Of a stretch of 64,000 nt of DNA, positions 47,501-57,300 are shown in pieces. The stretch is from the IMG/VR virus record IMGVR_UViG_3300042882_001870; one strand, given 5' to 3'. The DNA comes from an uncultured virus (IMG/VR IMGVR_UViG_3300042882_001870) (taxonomy: Duplodnaviria; Heunggongvirae; Uroviricota; Caudoviricetes). The translations under genes were made by a program, and so were the position numbers. Numbering within the stretch: position 1 is the first letter of the stretch; each line of letters begins with the position of its first letter. The notes under the pieces are model-generated. The model was not told the origin of the DNA. It did not search any database and saw only the letters and a list, made by a program, of their open reading frames with translations.

Positions 47501-47635
47501 GACATTAACATTAAAGAAAATCGGTTTACAGTGGGTATTGACGAAACTACTAGCATTTTTACTAAAGAATACGAATTCTTTTGGGATATAACGGCAGAAA
47601 GAAAAGATGTACCTTCATTAATAGTAGAGGAATAA
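44588..47635 (+). CDS. Tail fibre protein (1015 aa)
   Basis: STTKVENLNVDLLDG, TQNT repeats, VEDKNITLA...ADGGGI, C-terminal KSFDIVHP...LRYGSLE.P module. Confidence 0.75.
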   Translation: MSTKKFTTRHGIDANYQDIVSANNVSTNTLTALVSTGTPPLTVSSTTKVENLNVDLLDGYNTATSNAANTVVVRDANSFISLNGLYMNSSEGLKNISWNNTYSTYDMELLNGVTLQVGQESHIYGRATETIQNGKIVMFAGAQGDGLLLRLANTQVTGFEPRWIVGVATQTIPQNNWGYVTWFGKVNDVDTYNYSLGDILYLDNNNPGAFSNTRPTAPDYAITLAAVVRVSNSPSSNNGILMVRPDFGYELSEARDVKITNISANDVIIWSANNRWENKPQSNLDVGNSDKLDGEHGSYYTGYTDTANTNNLIYTNNVINSNVTLLQGINTTQNTNISNLTSWLSSNVSLIAGVDNTQNTNILSIQEVDNTQNTRLTVIEGVDVTQNTNISNLTSWLSSNVSLIAGVDNTQNTRLTVIEGVDVTQNTFTQAAFTHANAAFLSSNTKFSSSGGTITGDVVITGNVAVQGTTTTLDVDTIAVEDKNITLANVASPTNITADGGGITVRGTTDKTWNWINATSSWTSSENIDIASGKTYKINGIDVLTSTTISNIQGVDNTQNTRLTVIEGTDVTQNTNITNLTSWLSSNNTLQTNINATQNTSITAAFIQANSAYNQANTTNTNASNASNLTTGTIPGDRGVTAGSTTPSFIEYNGTTKTAGQFDGGSTAPTNTTRLNYDGNLYATTFYGEGTGLTGTASNLTANVANFEVITNATSGTYYPQLVSATSGTLAGYTNNAFAFDVANGRFGIATTTPTTKLHITESAGACVPILTLDNSSGWATGINFKVNYSGYTTSRIVYDFYGSEFAGLSHGMNYVSGRPSNSNHWFRDSANNIQLAILNSGNVVIGSNTTNYKFEVVGTAKANTLTLTANTASTNTTTGTLIVTGGVGISGALNATTKSFDIVHPSDPNKRLRYGSLESPYHGVRLTGKGKVINGKGVVTLPYYFRDLVHEEDVNIQLTNIKHGKVLWVEDINIKENRFTVGIDETTSIFTKEYEFFWDITAERKDVPSLIVEE

Positions 47636-47636
47636 T

Positions 47637-50006
47637 ATGGCAACTGCATATAATAGTAAACTTGTTACTGATAATTTGGTATTATGTATAGATGCTGCTA
47701 ATCCAAAAAGTTATCCAGGAACTGGAAATAATTGGTTTAATTTAGTAAAAGGCAATCGTTCAGAAACTATATCCGGAGAAACCACTACAAATTTAATGTA
47801 TTCTTCCGGAACTTTTGTTGGGTCTATTGGAACATTAACGGGTTCTTTTTCAGTGACAACTGTAGAGGCAAATAGTAAATATCGCGTTCAGTGTAACACT
47901 AGTGGGCTAATTAGAATATCAATTCCTAATGGTTTGTTAGTAAACAACCAAACATATACATTATCATACAAATATAAAGTCATTTCTGGATTAACCAACT
48001 TTTTAATAAACGATTTTTGTGATGTTAATGTTGGCGACAGATTAATTATAGATACAGGCGATTATATTTTTGCTTCAGCAACGGCGAAAAGAATTACTTA
48101 TGATTCGACATATAGATTTTTTGATACACCAACATTTCAAGTTGGTGATATTATAGATATTTGGGATATACAAGTAGAACAAAAAACGTATCCGACTGTT
48201 TTTGTAAATGGTATAAGATCCTCTGCAACATCAAATCAAATTTTAACTGGCGGAAATCAAAATTCAGATTTAATCAATGGTCCATCATACCAATCTCAAG
48301 GGGTAATTGTGTTCGATGGCGTTGATGATTACGTTAAACAAAACCCTATGGCGTTTAAATCAGGAAGTGGGTGGACTCTATCGTGTTGGATAAGTCCTGT
48401 ATTTAATTCCACTAAAATAGGAGCTTCTGTATTTTATGCTGTTGAAGGTAATTATCTAGGATACCCTTGTTCTGTCCCACTAACAACTCAAACGGATACT
48501 ACATATATAACACCTAAAAGCTCAATAGGTAGCACTTTTTATATTTGTTCTAACTATGTAACCAATTTTGTTGGTTCAGAAAGAATCCCTAAAATTTTTA
48601 AGATGAATTCTATTTTCACAGCGGTCGATCAAGGATTTAATACAGGTTCTGTAGGATACCTATCCACTCCAGTTCACATAACAGCATCTACATATTATTC
48701 TGGGAAAATATATGTATGCGAAAACCTTAGCCAATATAGTAAATATGGAAAAATAGGATTCAAACGATATAATTCTGATGGATCGTTAGATACTGGTTTC
48801 GGAACATCTACTTCTGGATTTAATTTTTCTACGGCATTTTCCGCAGAAGACAGTTCAGGAAATATTTATGTTGTTGGCTCCTTTACTTCTTATAACGGAA
48901 CCGCAGCAAACCGAATTATTAAATTAAACACTGACGGTTCAATAGATACTTCTTTTGTTTATGGTACTGGGTTTAATAATGTAGTAACAGCAATTTACAT
49001 AGATCCAATTAATGGAGGCATATATGTTATAGGAAATTTTACTTCTTATAACGGAACCGCAGCAAACCGAATTATTAAATTAACCTCTACTGGGTCGATA
49101 GATGCTTCTTTTGTTTATGGTACTGGGTTTAATGATCAAGTCCTTTGTATAGAGTTTGACGAAAACGGAGATTTATATGTTGGGGGAGGGTTCACTACAT
49201 ATAATGGAACGGCAGTAAATCGCATGGTTAAATTAACCTCTACTGGGTCGATAGATGCTTCTTTTGTTTATGGTACTGGGTTTAATGGTGTTGTTAGATC
49301 AATATCATACAGTTATGACTTTTCATGGTTATATGTTGGGGGAGCGTTTACTACATATAACGGAACCGCAGCAAACCGAATAATTACATTAAACACTGAC
49401 GGGTCAATAGAAACTTCTTTTGTTTATGGTACTGGGTTTGACGGTGCTGTGCTTTCTATATTAGCAGATAGTTCAGGTTTGTTATATGTTGGTGGCTCAT
49501 TCACTACATATCAAGGCAGTGCTGTAAGTAGATTCGTAGGATTAGACATATATGATGGGACTTTTGTAACAGACATATTTGGTCTTACTTCTGATTTTGA
49601 ATCTTGTGTAAATCTATCTACAAATTTTTATAATATCAGATATTTAGATGGGTTTGTATTTGCGTGGGTTAACAAAACACCTGTAGACTTAACTATTATC
49701 GGAGCATCGCAAACAATTTTAACAGCCAATGAATTATATGACATTTTTGACGGGAATACCACTATAAATTTAGTGGAATCTATGGATACTAATTCTACCT
49801 ATAAAGCATATTTAAACGGACAATTAGTATGTGAAATTCCAAATGTAGAAAATTCTGGTATTCTTTTATATAATTTGTTTAATGACATTTCAACGTCATC
49901 TAAATTTCAAGGGAAAGCTTCTAATATTTCTGTATACAGCAAAGCATTATCCGCCACAGAAATTCAACAAAACTTCAACGCTACAAGGAGCAGATATGGA
50001 ATATAA
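47637..50006 (+). CDS. LamG/concanavalin-A-like protein with inserted beta-propeller (delta-60-type) repeats
   Basis: LVLCIDAANPKSYPG N-terminus, IYVVGSFTSYNGT..NRIIKLN.DGSID.SF repeats, EIQQNFNA.R.RYGI C-terminus. Confidence 0.75.
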   Translation: MATAYNSKLVTDNLVLCIDAANPKSYPGTGNNWFNLVKGNRSETISGETTTNLMYSSGTFVGSIGTLTGSFSVTTVEANSKYRVQCNTSGLIRISIPNGLLVNNQTYTLSYKYKVISGLTNFLINDFCDVNVGDRLIIDTGDYIFASATAKRITYDSTYRFFDTPTFQVGDIIDIWDIQVEQKTYPTVFVNGIRSSATSNQILTGGNQNSDLINGPSYQSQGVIVFDGVDDYVKQNPMAFKSGSGWTLSCWISPVFNSTKIGASVFYAVEGNYLGYPCSVPLTTQTDTTYITPKSSIGSTFYICSNYVTNFVGSERIPKIFKMNSIFTAVDQGFNTGSVGYLSTPVHITASTYYSGKIYVCENLSQYSKYGKIGFKRYNSDGSLDTGFGTSTSGFNFSTAFSAEDSSGNIYVVGSFTSYNGTAANRIIKLNTDGSIDTSFVYGTGFNNVVTAIYIDPINGGIYVIGNFTSYNGTAANRIIKLTSTGSIDASFVYGTGFNDQVLCIEFDENGDLYVGGGFTTYNGTAVNRMVKLTSTGSIDASFVYGTGFNGVVRSISYSYDFSWLYVGGAFTTYNGTAANRIITLNTDGSIETSFVYGTGFDGAVLSILADSSGLLYVGGSFTTYQGSAVSRFVGLDIYDGTFVTDIFGLTSDFESCVNLSTNFYNIRYLDGFVFAWVNKTPVDLTIIGASQTILTANELYDIFDGNTTINLVESMDTNSTYKAYLNGQLVCEIPNVENSGILLYNLFNDISTSSKFQGKASNISVYSKALSATEIQQNFNATRSRYGI
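48760..49560 (+). repeat. About 54-aa propeller repeats with near-identical DNA blocks (tataacggaaccgcagcaaaccgaa; tcttttgtttatggtactgggttt)
   Basis: 4-5 copies seen directly. Confidence 0.85.
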
Positions 50007-50250
50007 TGATAGAAATTTTATAATCTTTCCAACTTCGGAATTATCAAAAGTTGATTTTAGTCAAGTATTAGAAACTTCTGCCGAAACGGTTAGACGTTCT
50101 GTGGATGGTTCCAAAACGTTTGTTAAATGGGATGGAGAACAGCCAGAATTTGTTTCTACTTTGGAGAATACAGAAGGTCCGTATACTTACGAAGAAATAT
50201 TAGAAATATTAAATGGATTAGAATGGACTGCTCCAATGGAGGAAATGTAA
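49996..50250 (+). CDS. Small conserved phage protein
   Basis: GGAG RBS before ATG 49996; VDFSQV.ETS..TVRRS.DG.KTFVKW...YTYEEIL. Confidence 0.7.
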   Translation: MEYNDRNFIIFPTSELSKVDFSQVLETSAETVRRSVDGSKTFVKWDGEQPEFVSTLENTEGPYTYEEILEILNGLEWTAPMEEM

Positions 50251-50988
50251 GTGAGTTTGGGTCACGGAGCAAGTATTGTTACTAATGGATTAGTTTTATG
50301 TTTAGATGCTGCTAATCCAAAAAGTTATCCTGGATCAGGTGCTGTTTGGTATGATTTGAGTGGAAATGGTAATCACGCTTCTTTAGTAAATGGACCAGTT
50401 TATTCTACAGAAAATAATGGCAAATTTGTATTAGACGGAATAAATGATTATGTAGAAACGATTAATCCTCTAAATTTATCAACAACCAATGCGGTAACAG
50501 TTTTATTTTCAGTAAAAGTATTATCCTATGGGACTTCTCCAAAAGTTCTATATGAATTAGGTCCAAATTTTAACAGTTATACCGATTGTTTTGTAGCATC
50601 ATTTTCTGATAATTCTGTTGGAGCGAATTATGATATTTTTGCTAGTGTTAGAGGAAATGTTGGATATAATATAGGAGTATATTCTAAAACTTTATTAAAC
50701 GATTCCAATTGGCATTCTAATATTATAATACACGACACTTCACAAACTTCCAAAGAAAATCTTATATACAGCAACGGTGTTATAAAAGACGAAATATCTA
50801 ACCCCCTTTCTGGATATGCTAATAATACTAATAATTTCGGTAACAGAAAATTTTATATAGGTTGTAGGGGAGGAGCTAGTTTGTTTGGCAATATTGAAAT
50901 ATCGAGTGTTATGGCGTATAACAGAGCATTATCCGCAGCAGAAATTCAACAAAATTTTAACGCTTCTCGCAATCGCTTCGGGATATAA
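50251..50988 (+). CDS. LamG/concanavalin-A-like lectin-fold protein
   Basis: GLVLCLDAANPKSYPGSG..WYDLSGNGN, YNRALS..EIQQNFNA; paralogue of 47637. Confidence 0.8.
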   Translation: MSLGHGASIVTNGLVLCLDAANPKSYPGSGAVWYDLSGNGNHASLVNGPVYSTENNGKFVLDGINDYVETINPLNLSTTNAVTVLFSVKVLSYGTSPKVLYELGPNFNSYTDCFVASFSDNSVGANYDIFASVRGNVGYNIGVYSKTLLNDSNWHSNIIIHDTSQTSKENLIYSNGVIKDEISNPLSGYANNTNNFGNRKFYIGCRGGASLFGNIEISSVMAYNRALSAAEIQQNFNASRNRFGI

Positions 50989-50991
50989 ATA
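50984..50991 (+). promoter_or_regulatory. Late promoter heading the collagen/modification unit
   Basis: TATAAATA about 30 nt upstream of 51022; the next intergenic late consensus is at 60993. Confidence 0.7.
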
Positions 50992-51021
50992 GTTAAATAA
51001 CAACTCCTTAGAGAATACCAA

Positions 51022-51642
51022 ATGGCATTAAACGAACAAAATATAGTAATTCAACCTAATGTTGGTATAGCAAATACTAACCCAAAAATTACGTTTTCCG
51101 CAGCAGACGCATCAACAAATGCTAAGAATATTGTTCTTAATGTATACCCAACTTCAAACGGAACACTTTCTTTTGAAGGTAACACCGGACAATTATTCTC
51201 TATCACAGACTCAATGTCCGGAACAATATTCTCTGTTAATGATATCTCTGGTATACCTTCTATAGAAGTTCTTGATACTGGATTAGTAAAACTCGCTCAA
51301 TATGGTGGCGAGGTTCAAATCGGACCTTCAACAGTTTTAATTTCGGAAAATTATACTACCACAACCACAAATCAAATTACACTAGACAGCTTTCCCGCAG
51401 CAACATATAGAACAGCAACTTATGAAGTGCAAATGACTTCATCTACAAATTATCATACAATAACACTAAAACTAATACATAACGGCACAACAGTTTATCT
51501 CGCTCAATATGGAGAAATATTCACAAATGCTTCTCTAGGAACATTTGATGCTACAATTACTTCCGGTAATATGAATTTATTATTTACTCCAACCAATGCT
51601 ACTACCGTAGTAAAATTAACAAGACAACTAATCTTGGTATAA
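51022..51642 (+). CDS. Fibre-associated structural protein
   Basis: LSFEG..GQLFSITD...IFSVNDISG.PSIEV; C-module paralogous to that of 42772. Confidence 0.7.
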   Translation: MALNEQNIVIQPNVGIANTNPKITFSAADASTNAKNIVLNVYPTSNGTLSFEGNTGQLFSITDSMSGTIFSVNDISGIPSIEVLDTGLVKLAQYGGEVQIGPSTVLISENYTTTTTNQITLDSFPAATYRTATYEVQMTSSTNYHTITLKLIHNGTTVYLAQYGEIFTNASLGTFDATITSGNMNLLFTPTNATTVVKLTRQLILV

Positions 51643-51643
51643 A

Positions 51644-53332
51644 ATGGCAACAAATAAACCCTTTGAAATAAAAAACGGATTAATTGTTGGGGATACTCTT
51701 GTCGCAAATTCAACTGGTCATTGGGTAGGTCCATCAACAAATATAACCGGAGATCAAGGATTTCAAGGAAATATTGGGATAACTGGAAATGTTGGATTTA
51801 CTGGAATAGCAGGATTCCAAGGTAGACAAGGAGTACAAGGTTCTACTGGTCCTCAAGGCGTACAAGGTGCTTTGGGTGCTACTGGTAATATTGGAGTTCA
51901 GGGTGCTATCGGAATAGCAGGATTTCAAGGTAGGCAGGGCGTTCAAGGTTCTACTGGTCCTCAAGGCGTACAAGGCGTGGTTGGTGCTACTGGAAATGCT
52001 GGAGTTCAGGGCGCTATCGGAATATCAGGATTTCAAGGTAGACAAGGAATACAAGGTTCTACTGGTCCTCAAGGCGTTCAGGGAGCAGTTGGTGCTACTG
52101 GAAATAGTGGAATAGCAGGATTCCAAGGCAGACAAGGGTTTCAAGGCACACAAGGTCCACAGGGACCACAAGGAGTTCAGGGAGCAGTTGGTGCTACTGG
52201 TAATGCTGGTGTGCAAGGTGCTATTGGAATAGCAGGATTTCAAGGTAGACAAGGAATACAAGGTTCTACTGGACCACAAGGAGCACAAGGCGCTGTAGGT
52301 GCTACTGGTAATGTTGGTGTGCAAGGTGCTATTGGAATAGCAGGATTTCAAGGCAGACAAGGGTTTCAAGGTTCTACTGGTCCACAAGGAGCACAAGGCG
52401 CTGTAGGTGCTACTGGTAATGCTGGAATAGCAGGATTTCAAGGAAGACAAGGATTCCAAGGCGCACAAGGACCACAAGGACCACAAGGCGTTCAAGGCGC
52501 TGTTGGTGCTACTGGTAATACTGGAGTTCAGGGTGCTATTGGAATAGCAGGATTCCAAGGTAGACAAGGAGTCCAAGGTCCACAGGGACCACAAGGTGTA
52601 CAAGGTGCTGTTGGCGCTACTGGACCGCAAGGAGTTCAAGGGACAGTTGGAATAGCAGGATTTCAAGGTAGACAAGGAGTCCAAGGTCCACAGGGACCAC
52701 AAGGCGTACAGGGAGCAGTTGGCGCCACTGGTCCTCAAGGGGTTGCTGGAATAGCAGGATTCCAAGGCAGACAAGGATTCCAAGGCGCACAAGGTCCGCA
52801 AGGAGCACAAGGAGCACAAGGCGCTGTAGGTGCTACTGGTCCTCAAGGAGTTGCTGGAATAGCAGGATTCCAAGGCAGACAAGGATTCCAAGGAGCAAAT
52901 TTAATAATTCCTGCCAATAATCTTAGTACATTAGGAGTAAATGCTGCACTTGGCGGAACTGGAGAAATACGAGCATCTGGAAATATCATAGCAGCATACT
53001 CAGATCAAAGATTAAAGAAAAATATAAACAAAATTGAAAATTGTTTAGAAAAAGTATTAAGTATAAGTGGAATTTATTTTACTCAAAATAAGTTAGCAGA
53101 AAAGTTTGGATATAACGATTATAGTAAAAAAATAGGATTGATAGCACAGCAAATAAAACCTTTTGCTCCTGAAATAGTTAAACCTGCTCCTTTTGATACG
53201 GATTCCGATGGAAATAGCATTTCTGGGGAAAATTACATAACAGTACAATATGAAAAATTAATTCCAATAATAGTAGAAGCTATAAAAGAACAACAAAAGC
53301 AAATTAAAGAACTTTTAACATTAAGAAACTAA
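51644..53332 (+). CDS. Collagen-like fibre protein 1 with peptidase S74 chaperone
   Basis: 128 uninterrupted Gly-X-Y triplets (residues 36-419); [10 protein letters not shown]...GLIAQ...APFD...YEKLIP. Confidence 0.9.
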   Translation: MATNKPFEIKNGLIVGDTLVANSTGHWVGPSTNITGDQGFQGNIGITGNVGFTGIAGFQGRQGVQGSTGPQGVQGALGATGNIGVQGAIGIAGFQGRQGVQGSTGPQGVQGVVGATGNAGVQGAIGISGFQGRQGIQGSTGPQGVQGAVGATGNSGIAGFQGRQGFQGTQGPQGPQGVQGAVGATGNAGVQGAIGIAGFQGRQGIQGSTGPQGAQGAVGATGNVGVQGAIGIAGFQGRQGFQGSTGPQGAQGAVGATGNAGIAGFQGRQGFQGAQGPQGPQGVQGAVGATGNTGVQGAIGIAGFQGRQGVQGPQGPQGVQGAVGATGPQGVQGTVGIAGFQGRQGVQGPQGPQGVQGAVGATGPQGVAGIAGFQGRQGFQGAQGPQGAQGAQGAVGATGPQGVAGIAGFQGRQGFQGANLIIPANNLSTLGVNAALGGTGEIRASGNIIAAYSDQRLKKNINKIENCLEKVLSISGIYFTQNKLAEKFGYNDYSKKIGLIAQQIKPFAPEIVKPAPFDTDSDGNSISGENYITVQYEKLIPIIVEAIKEQQKQIKELLTLRN

Positions 53333-53336
53333 TCAG

Positions 53337-55046
53337 ATGGCAGAACAATCTAAACTAATAATAAAAAATGGATTAGTTGTTGGAAATACTTCAGTTATTT
53401 CCAACAATTCTGTTTGGATTGCTTCTACAACGAACATAAAAGGTCCGCAAGGACCACAAGGATTTCAAGGCGTTCAAGGATTCCAAGGACCACAAGGAGC
53501 ACAAGGACCACAAGGGTCTCAAGGAATTGCGGGAGTTACAGGACCACAAGGCATACAAGGGGTTGTTGGTAGACAAGGGTTCCAAGGTCCACAAGGATTT
53601 CAAGGAGCGCAAGGACCACAGGGAGCACAAGGTGCTGTCGGTGCTACTGGACCCCAAGGAGTTCAAGGCGCTGCAAGTTCTATTGCAGGGTTCCAAGGTC
53701 CACAAGGGTTTCAAGGCGCTCAAGGTCCACAAGGTGCACAAGGTGCTGTCGGTGCTACTGGTCCACAAGGAGTTCAAGGAGCAATCGGCGTAACAGGAGT
53801 CCAAGGAGTCCAAGGTCCACAGGGACCACAAGGTGCACAAGGTGCAGTTGGTGCTACTGGAAACGCTGGAATTCAAGGAGCAGTTGGCATATCTGGATTC
53901 CAAGGTAGACAAGGAGTCCAAGGAGCGCAAGGACCACAGGGAGCACAAGGTGCTGTCGGTGCTACTGGACCCCAAGGAGTTCAAGGCGCTGCAAGTTCTA
54001 TTGCAGGATTTCAAGGCAGACAAGGGTTTCAAGGCGCACAAGGTCCACAGGGCGCACAAGGAGCAGTTGGTATTACTGGTCCTCAAGGAGTTCAAGGAGC
54101 AATCGGCGTAACAGGAGTCCAAGGAGTCCAAGGTCCACAGGGACCACAAGGTGCACAAGGTGCAGTTGGTGCTACTGGACCACAAGGAGTTCAAGGTGCT
54201 GCAAGTTCTATTGCAGGGTTCCAAGGTCCACAAGGATTTCAAGGAGCGCAAGGACCACAGGGAGCACAAGGTGCTGTCGGTGCTACTGGACCACAAGGAG
54301 TTCAAGGCGCTGCAAGTTCTATTGCAGGATTTCAAGGCAGACAAGGAGTCCAAGGTCCACAAGGTCCACAGGGCGCACAAGGAGCAGTTGGCGTTACTGG
54401 ACCACAAGGAGTTCAAGGTGCTGCAAGTTCTATTGCAGGATTTCAAGGCAGACAAGGAGTCCAAGGTCCACAGGGACCACAAGGTGCACAAGGTGCAGTT
54501 GGCGTTACTGGACCACAAGGAGTTCAAGGAGCAGTTGGAATAGCAGGATTCCAAGGTAGACAAGGAGTCCAAGGTCCACAAGGTCCGCAGGGCGTTCAAG
54601 GGATATCTAATGTTTTGCAAACATCAGTAACTGCGTTAGGAGTTGGAACCCCAGCAGGACCAACAGGAGAAATAAGAGCAACCGGAAACATAACTTCGTA
54701 TTATTCTGACATAAGGTTAAAAGATAATATAGAATCTATAAAAAATGCTAGTGAAAAATTATATCAATTAAATGGAATTTTTTATAAACAAAATAAGTTT
54801 GCAGAAACCTTTGGATATAAAGATTATAGCAAACAAATAGGAGTTATAGCACAAGAAGTTCAAAAAATTATACCAGAAGCTGTTGCATTAGCACCATTTG
54901 ATATTGATGAAAATCACAATAGCATCACAGGTTTAAATTTATTAACGGTTAATTATGAAAAATTAATTCCATTAATAATAGAAACTATAAAAGAACAACA
55001 AAAAGAAATAGATTTATTAATAAAAGAAATAAAATATGGCAGCTAA
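53337..55046 (+). CDS. Collagen-like fibre protein 2 with peptidase S74 chaperone
   Basis: Gly-X-Y residues 36-424 with five GAASSIA interruptions; [10 protein letters not shown]...GVIAQEV. Confidence 0.9.
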   Translation: MAEQSKLIIKNGLVVGNTSVISNNSVWIASTTNIKGPQGPQGFQGVQGFQGPQGAQGPQGSQGIAGVTGPQGIQGVVGRQGFQGPQGFQGAQGPQGAQGAVGATGPQGVQGAASSIAGFQGPQGFQGAQGPQGAQGAVGATGPQGVQGAIGVTGVQGVQGPQGPQGAQGAVGATGNAGIQGAVGISGFQGRQGVQGAQGPQGAQGAVGATGPQGVQGAASSIAGFQGRQGFQGAQGPQGAQGAVGITGPQGVQGAIGVTGVQGVQGPQGPQGAQGAVGATGPQGVQGAASSIAGFQGPQGFQGAQGPQGAQGAVGATGPQGVQGAASSIAGFQGRQGVQGPQGPQGAQGAVGVTGPQGVQGAASSIAGFQGRQGVQGPQGPQGAQGAVGVTGPQGVQGAVGIAGFQGRQGVQGPQGPQGVQGISNVLQTSVTALGVGTPAGPTGEIRATGNITSYYSDIRLKDNIESIKNASEKLYQLNGIFYKQNKFAETFGYKDYSKQIGVIAQEVQKIIPEAVALAPFDIDENHNSITGLNLLTVNYEKLIPLIIETIKEQQKEIDLLIKEIKYGS

Positions 55047-56718
55047 TAATAATTTCGTTGTAAAAAATGGCATATCTATAAATCTAAATGAAATAATTTC
55101 ATCAGAAGGCATTTGGACTGGTCCCGCTTCAAGCTATTCCGGATCACAAGGACCACAAGGAGCACAAGGACCACAAGGCGCTCAGGGTGCTGTGGGTGCT
55201 GCTGGTCCACAAGGAGTTCAAGGAGTAGCAGGATTCCAAGGTCCACAAGGATTTCAAGGAGCGCAAGGTCCACAAGGTCCACAAGGCGCTCAAGGGGCAG
55301 TTGGTGCTACTGGTCCACAAGGCATACAAGGGGTGGCAGGGTTCCAAGGTCCACAAGGATTCCAAGGCGCTCAAGGTCCACAAGGTCCACAAGGCGCTCA
55401 AGGCGCAGTTGGTGCTATTGGACCACAGGGCATTCAAGGGGTAGCAGGATTTCAAGGTCCACAAGGATTTCAAGGCGCTCAAGGCGCTCAGGGTGCTGTC
55501 GGTGCTACTGGTCCTCAAGGAGTACAAGGTGCTGCAAGTTCGATTGCGGGGTTCCAAGGTCCACAAGGATTCCAAGGCGCTCAAGGTCAACAAGGACCAC
55601 AAGGCGCTCAAGGCGCAGTTGGTGCTATTGGACCACAGGGCATTCAAGGGGTAGCAGGATTTCAAGGTCCACAAGGATTTCAAGGAGCGCAAGGTCCACA
55701 AGGTCCACAAGGCGCTCAAGGGGCAGTTGGCGTTACCGGACCACAAGGAGTTCAAGGGGTGGCAGGGTTCCAAGGTCCACAAGGATTTCAAGGTGCTCAA
55801 GGCGCTCAGGGTGCTGTCGGTGCTACTGGTCCTCAAGGAGTACAAGGTGCTGCAAGTTCGATTGCGGGGTTCCAAGGTAGACAAGGATTTCAAGGCGCTC
55901 AAGGTCCACAAGGACCACAAGGCGCTCAAGGCGCTGTAGGTGCTACTGGTCCTCAAGGAGTTGCTGGAATAGCAGGATTCCAAGGTAGACAAGGATTCCA
56001 AGGCGCTCAAGGTCCACAGGGCGCTCAAGGAGCACAAGGCGCTGTAGGTGCTACTGGTCCTCAAGGAGTTGCTGGAATAGCAGGATTCCAAGGTAGGCAA
56101 GGATTCCAAGGCGCTCAAGGTCCACAGGGAGCACAGGGGGCAGTTGGTGTTACTGGACCGCAAGGAGTTCAAGGAGCGGCTAGTTCAATTGCAGGATTTC
56201 AAGGCAGACAAGGAGTTCAAGGTCCACAGGGTCCACAGGGAGCACAGGGGGCAGTTGGTGCTACTGGTCCTCAAGGAGTACAAGGAGCGGCTAGCAATGT
56301 GGTAACTGAAGTTACAGCACTAGGAGTTAATACTATAGCAGGAACAACAGGAGAAATAAGAGCAACTGGACAAATTACTGCATATTATTCTGATAAAAGA
56401 TTAAAACAAGTTTTAGGAAATGTTGACAATTGTTTAGAAAAGATAAGTAAAATACATGGTGTATATTACGAACAAAACGAATTAGCTAATTCATTTGGAT
56501 ATAAAGACTCTTCAAGACAAATAGGATTTATAGCACAAGAAATACAAGAAGTGCTACCAGAAGCAGTAAAAATTGCCCCTTTTGATTCTAATAAATATGG
56601 ACATAGTATTTCTGGAGAAAAATATTTAACCGTACTATACTCAAAAATAGTACCGTTATTAATAGAAGCATTAAAAGAACAGAAAATACAGATAGATGAA
56701 CTAAAAACAAAAAATTGA
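55036..56718 (+). CDS. Collagen-like fibre protein 3 with peptidase S74 chaperone
   Basis: Gly-X-Y residues 36-419 with three GAASSIA interruptions; YSDKRLK...GFIAQEI. Confidence 0.9.
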   Translation: MAANNNFVVKNGISINLNEIISSEGIWTGPASSYSGSQGPQGAQGPQGAQGAVGAAGPQGVQGVAGFQGPQGFQGAQGPQGPQGAQGAVGATGPQGIQGVAGFQGPQGFQGAQGPQGPQGAQGAVGAIGPQGIQGVAGFQGPQGFQGAQGAQGAVGATGPQGVQGAASSIAGFQGPQGFQGAQGQQGPQGAQGAVGAIGPQGIQGVAGFQGPQGFQGAQGPQGPQGAQGAVGVTGPQGVQGVAGFQGPQGFQGAQGAQGAVGATGPQGVQGAASSIAGFQGRQGFQGAQGPQGPQGAQGAVGATGPQGVAGIAGFQGRQGFQGAQGPQGAQGAQGAVGATGPQGVAGIAGFQGRQGFQGAQGPQGAQGAVGVTGPQGVQGAASSIAGFQGRQGVQGPQGPQGAQGAVGATGPQGVQGAASNVVTEVTALGVNTIAGTTGEIRATGQITAYYSDKRLKQVLGNVDNCLEKISKIHGVYYEQNELANSFGYKDSSRQIGFIAQEIQEVLPEAVKIAPFDSNKYGHSISGEKYLTVLYSKIVPLLIEALKEQKIQIDELKTKN

Positions 56719-56726
56719 GGAATATT

Positions 56727-57299
56727 ATGAAAGGTGAATGGTGTTATTTTAAATCATATTTTGATAAAGATACTTGCGAAAAAATAATCAGAGATGTTCA
56801 ATCCATTCCATCACAAGATGCTCTTGTTGGTAATATCGATGCTTTCGCTGATTATAAAAATAGAAGAAGTAAAATAAAATTTATTCATAGTTCAAATTGG
56901 AGATTTGCGTATATATTTGATGCATTATGGAAAGCAGCAATAAGTGCAAATAATGATTTTTTTGACATACACATTACTAGATTAAATTTCATTCAATTCG
57001 CAGAATATAGTCACGAAGACCAAGGAGAATATAAAAACCATCACGACGTTTTTTGGTTAAACAATGATCCCGTTTATCATAGAAAACTTTCTTGTGTAAT
57101 CCAACTATCAGACTCTACTGAATATGAAGGTGGAGATTTTGAGTTAGTAGATGTATCAACATATCCTGATGCTTCTGAGATTAGGCAACAAGGATCGACT
57201 ATATTTTTTCCTTCATTTTTTACACATAGAGCAAATCCAGTAATAAGAGGAACTAGATATAGTATTGCTGCATGGTTTGAAGGTCCGAAATGGAGATAA
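56727..57299 (+). CDS. 2OG-Fe(II) oxygenase (prolyl-hydroxylase/PKHD-like)
   Basis: HHD...RKLS...YEGGDF...FPSF..HR..PV..GTRYSI..W; GAGGA RBS. Confidence 0.88.
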   Translation: MKGEWCYFKSYFDKDTCEKIIRDVQSIPSQDALVGNIDAFADYKNRRSKIKFIHSSNWRFAYIFDALWKAAISANNDFFDIHITRLNFIQFAEYSHEDQGEYKNHHDVFWLNNDPVYHRKLSCVIQLSDSTEYEGGDFELVDVSTYPDASEIRQQGSTIFFPSFFTHRANPVIRGTRYSIAAWFEGPKWR

Positions 57300-57300
57300 T

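Noticed and set aside
51734..56172. Long alternative-frame and antisense ORFs over the collagen genes (e.g. 52025-52891 -, 53391-54620 -, 55113-55880 +, 55144-56172 -)
   Set aside because: They are shadows of the stop-poor 9-bp Gly-X-Y repeat, with low-complexity products and no RBS or promoter support.
51749..56292. Repeat arrays considered as CRISPR or DGR template/variable repeats
   Set aside because: The repeats are in-frame coding triplets with no unique spacers, no adenine-specific mismatch pattern was evident, and there is no reverse transcriptase or cas operon in the window.
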